From Botryllus schlosseri (lineage: Eukaryota), in NCBI GenBank assembly GCA_051294905.1, contig CM119371.1, positions 27,840,001 to 27,904,000 on the forward strand: 64,000 nucleotides of DNA, written 5' to 3'. Each line of letters opens with the position of its first letter. Within the stretch, counting starts at the first letter, position 1. Of the stretch, positions 59,841 to 64,000 are shown piece after piece. Position numbers and translations under genes: made by a program. The notes below the pieces were generated by a model that searched no databases, was not told where the DNA came from, and saw only the letters and a program-made list of their open reading frames with translations.

Positions 59841-61266
59841 GTATATGTAGTATCAATAGGAAATCGAGAAACCTTAAGCAAATAAAGGGTACGGCGCCGA
59901 TTGATCGGCTAAGAATATTTGCTACAAGTGGCGAGTATAGCTTGTGGTATGATCCAATCAGGACCTTAACTGCCGCACCCAAAAGTCCCAAAATGGGGGG
60001 GGGGTGATGAGCTCGAATGGGGGAATGAGCTCGAAGGGGGCCCACAATTATTTCGTGAATTAACATATATTATAGAGTATTTTTTGAGAATTTATGCAAC
60101 TTTTTCAAAATTTATTCACGCTGGGCGCGATTTAATGTTGCCAGATAAATTGAATATTGTGTATCCTTCCACAAGAAAAAAATACGCATGATTTATAAGA
60201 ATAGGCATTTCTACCGTGCCACGATTTAGGCCATGTTACATGTGACTCCGAGAATTGTGCCAGAACGATCAGCAGCGAGAAAACCTTGGCCGAAAATGAC
60301 TGCCCTTGTGCTGACCGAAAATTCCGATATATATATGTTTAGTTCTCCATGGCCGCTAAATGGGTGGCTCAGAATGTTCCTGTCCTGACAATTTGATCCC
60401 CTCAAGACAAGGGAAAAAATTATTCGCCAGTGAAGAAATACCAATTTGAAATCGCGCGCGTGTTTTAGTTTAGTGCGTCTGGGCGATTTCAATATCTTTT
60501 GACACAGCCGACAGGAGGTCACGAAATAAAATCAATGTACCAACGGGTAGGGCTGGGCCATATGATTCGAGTACTCGAATCCGAATCGAGTAATAATTTT
60601 GATGATTCGAGTCGAGTAGTAAAAAGCGATTTTTTTCGAGTAATTAAATTATACGCTTTTCGCCATTGAAAGTTAATTCATCAACGAGAATTATAGTTTC
60701 AATTCTAATTTTCATTGTTGAAGCCTTGAAACCTTGATTGGCGGTTTCGTAGCATACGAAACATATAGTACAAATCTGCAAAGGTTACTGGACGAAGCAC
60801 ATTTGCGAAATCATGATTATCCCACAAGATTGTCACCAATTGGAATGAATTCGGTACGGTCGAAAAAATACCAAAGTATCATTTATGAGATGGATAACAG
60901 GCATTATATTCTTTGTGGTGGCATAAACGGTACATATTATGGTTTTGACATATTACATTCTGTTATGGCATCATAATGAGTGATACTCGATTACACGACT
61001 CAACTCGAAGCCTATTTCCTGATTCAGAATCGAATCACTGAGGTACTCGATTTTTTCCAGCCATACCAACAAGTCCACCCGAAGCTGTTTAATTATCATT
61101 TACGCGCCCTACATTCCCCAGGTAATATCACTCAACTTTGCCATTACATCTGATTACGTGAGAAGGGAGAAAATAAAAATTGATAGCAATATATATGCAA
61201 TTCATCATCATATTGATCGATGCTATAATAAATTATAGAAATTTTTCGAGCTTTGCACGTTTAGGC

Positions 61267-62853
61267 CAGTGTTTCCCAACCTTTTTCCACTCACGTACCA
61301 CTTCGAGGTTTTATGCAGTGCTCGCGTACCACCTACATGATTTACGCACGCCGTGGGCGGTTAAAAATGTGTTCACCATTTATGACGTAATAATCACGTA
61401 TTTGACCTATGTGAGGTGTAATAACTAGGGCGATTTTTCTTCTAAAAATCGGAGGATTTTGACCTAGAAAAGCTTCATTTTGACTAAATTCTGATCTCAC
61501 GCACGCAAATTAGGTGTTTTCGCGCATAATGTTAAAATTGTACTACTAATATTCATTTCTGGTTGGGACTCTCTATCTTACGACGTAGTTTGACCTGAGA
61601 AAGCGTTTTTGACTTAAAAACTGGCAAATTTTGACATCAAAAAACTTTATTTTAGCGATATCTGGCCCAGTAGTCACACCACGTATTAAGGTAGAGTTAT
61701 TTAAAATTTGTCGTAGTACAACGAAAGATACTTTCGCACATTCTCTGGTAGAAAGTGTCTGTCCTTACTAAGTAGCTTGCCAAGAATGGGGAAAGACCGT
61801 TCAACAGCAGTAGTTGTTGGCTGACAACACTGAAGTTGTGCGTACACTGTTCCGGTGACACACTTTAACGAACTATATTGTTCCCTGAACTGAAACCTGA
61901 TAATACTTTTGGGAGTCGTATAATTTGTCGTGTGAACGTAGATAACGAAATATGAAATCGTACGACGTTGGGTTCATTTCGAGATATACGTGTGTAATAC
62001 CACGTAGAGAAATTGATGTATACATTCATGATTATTAGCTGACTCGGAAGTCGATATACATTCATGATTATTAGCTGGTTCGGAAGTCGATAGACATTTA
62101 TAAGTACTTCGCTAATGGCGAGAAATATATATTGCATTTTGAACCGTACGTGATATTCAATAAAGTTACAAGCCGGGGAGACGGAAACAAAATATATTCG
62201 TCAGTGTGATCCATCGAATACGTGTGCAATAGACAGGCCTGGTGGTACGTCAGCCAACAAGGTCGTACGGCGTGGGTTACGCCGGTCGTCGAACGGAAGA
62301 AGAAACACGCAGCTAATTGTAAACGCAACTTTCTGGAGTCAGATAAAACACAATTATACAGCTACAAACGTTCGCTCTGCGTTAAACACACCATGTTGCT
62401 TCAGTTAGGATATTGCGGTACGTTGACCATAATACCATGTCAATTGTCAACCTATTTGTTTCGTTTGACAGTTTATGATCCACGATGAGCAGACAATGGG
62501 CCGTCTACAACGGTAGGCCTAATAAGTAGGCTACAAGCTGTAAAATATCAAAATCTACGATACAAACGAAATGGAGGGGTAAAAAAAATTTGACTCTGTA
62601 AACAATTTTTACAATTTTTTGACTTGACGCGTCAATTTTGACAAAAAAAATCGCCCTATTACTAGCAAATTCTATTAAACTATAGGCATTATCAGCCCGG
62701 GTTGATGAGATGCATGGAATTGTTTTTTTACCACTAGTCAAAAAAAATCAAAATCAACCCCACCTAAACTAATAACTTCCATCTACTCGCGTACCACCTG
62801 GAAGACCTTCGCGTACCACTAGTGGTACGCGTACCACAGGTTGGGAACCACTG
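61267..62853. mobile_element. hAT non-autonomous element
   Basis: cagtgtttcccaacc / ggttgggaaccactg; TSD gtttaggc (61259-61266, 62854-62861); CGTACCAC subterminal repeats. Confidence 0.9.
62019..62104. repeat. 36-bp tandem repeat, ~2.4 units
   Basis: tatacattcatgattattagctg(ac/gt)tcggaagtcga twice plus a partial unit. Confidence 0.85.
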
Positions 62854-63594
62854 GTTTAGGCGATACGAAACTGCCTCACTAAAGAGTACAAGAGATCTCG
62901 GTCATAAGTGTAGCCACAACAACGTTCATCATGATGGGCGGTCTGGGGGACAAAGCCCCCTAGAACTTTGTTTCATCACCCCATGGGTCCCAATACCAAC
63001 GCTTGGGGGGGGGTGACGAAGTGGTGTTTCGGTCCTGGATCCAGTGATTCAACACCAACAAGTATAAGTCCGAAAAATGTGGACTTAATTTCTACAAAAT
63101 GCTGGAGGTTTATCTGAACCAGTGTTTCTTAACCGGGGTTCCACAGAACACCCGGGGTTCCACGAGCCAGCCTCAGGGGTTCCACAGGTGGTCAAGACTC
63201 AAGACACACACTCAACTCATATAGGCTACATGACTTGCGATGATAAGCCCGTCTTGGTCATCTTTGACTGCAGACATTTATGCCGGATCTGTAGTCGAAT
63301 TGTGACTGTTGTGGTGGTACGTTGTGTGTAATGTTGTACGCAGGCAAGGTTGGGATTCGAAATTGAAGCCTAGACTTTCTGAACTACCGATTAGATCTCC
63401 AACACTTGGAAGCTCATGTGTAAGCAATTGATATCGCACTTGCATTTCGACCGAAAAATGGTATGACACTTTCCAATGTGAAGCCTCGCATTCCTGAACT
63501 GGAATCTGAAAGTGAACAGGAGATTTGCAATGAATATTCATTATATTGTTTTCGTTCTGTGTGGAAATCATAATTTAATGGCTTTCTTTTTTAT

Positions 63595-63830
63595 CACTCT
63601 GTTGATTCGCAGTTGTCAAGGAGTTCTTTGAAGTCTGGCTGCAAGTCGGGAGTAGAAAGTAGAAACCCTTATGTAGACTGCTCGTGAACATCAGTTAGAT
63701 TGGAACGAAGCTTTGTTTCGTTATGTTCATGTTTGAAAGATTCTGCTAGCAAATGTATAGATCCGAACAGAACAAGTAGTTTCATTATCACCTTTCTCAG
63801 GTTGGTAAATTTGGATTCATTCAGTGACGC
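63595..63830 (-). pseudogene. Decayed hAT (Buster/Charlie-type) transposase C-terminal dimerisation-domain fragment
   Basis: With frameshifts the minus strand reads ASLNESKFTNLRKVIMKLLVLFGS...SNMNITK/TKLRSNLTDVHEQS../DLQPDFKELL, resembling the FGSTY-CEQ-FS-M...K-RS-LTD pattern. Confidence 0.7.
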
Positions 63831-64000
63831 ATATACGCACAACACAGAGACAACAATGAGCTAAAGAATAACCTACAGACTCTATAGTACAGTGGTTCCC
63901 AACCGTTGGGGATTTCAATGGTTTCCGGTGGGGAATAGACGCAATTTTCAAACATTATATACAGGATAGCCTACATATTTACGGAGACGCATGCGCGATT

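Larger units (their letters stand above)
59960..62900 (+). mobile_element. Older stand-alone copy of the CAGGGCCGTAAC-family element, with two nested insertions
   Basis: Colinear with 13371-~15220 inside the composite element; interrupted at 60548-61064 and 61267-62853. Confidence 0.7.

Overview
Eukaryotic (animal, AT-rich, probably invertebrate; species not determinable here) genomic DNA. It holds a cluster of three paralogous, intron-containing glycosyltransferase family 7 (beta-1,4-galactosyltransferase/GalNAc-transferase-like) genes. Gene 1 (+) has only its last 4 exons in the window (152-7722). Gene 2 (+) is complete, 6 coding exons, 30032-42862, 374 aa. Gene 3 (-) is complete, 6 coding exons, 55204-47771, 358 aa, and is convergent with gene 2. 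All three keep the GT7 scaffold but share unusual substitutions at specificity positions: CCGMTVGG instead of YVQYFGG, and WGWGGEDDA instead of WGWGGEDDD. This suggests a lineage-specific GT7 subfamily with altered donor/acceptor use. Introns and intergenic DNA are packed with nested non-autonomous DNA transposons (mostly hAT, 8-bp TSDs; one MULE-like, 9-bp TSD), at least four tRNA-derived SINE families, a 5'-truncated RNase H-bearing LINE and a decayed Buster-type hAT transposase fragment. Two inverted copies of a composite ~2 kb hAT element form a ~4.9 kb near-palindrome at 12680-17619. Most ORFs in the supplied track are spurious. No CRISPR arrays, rRNA genes or genuine tRNA genes were found.
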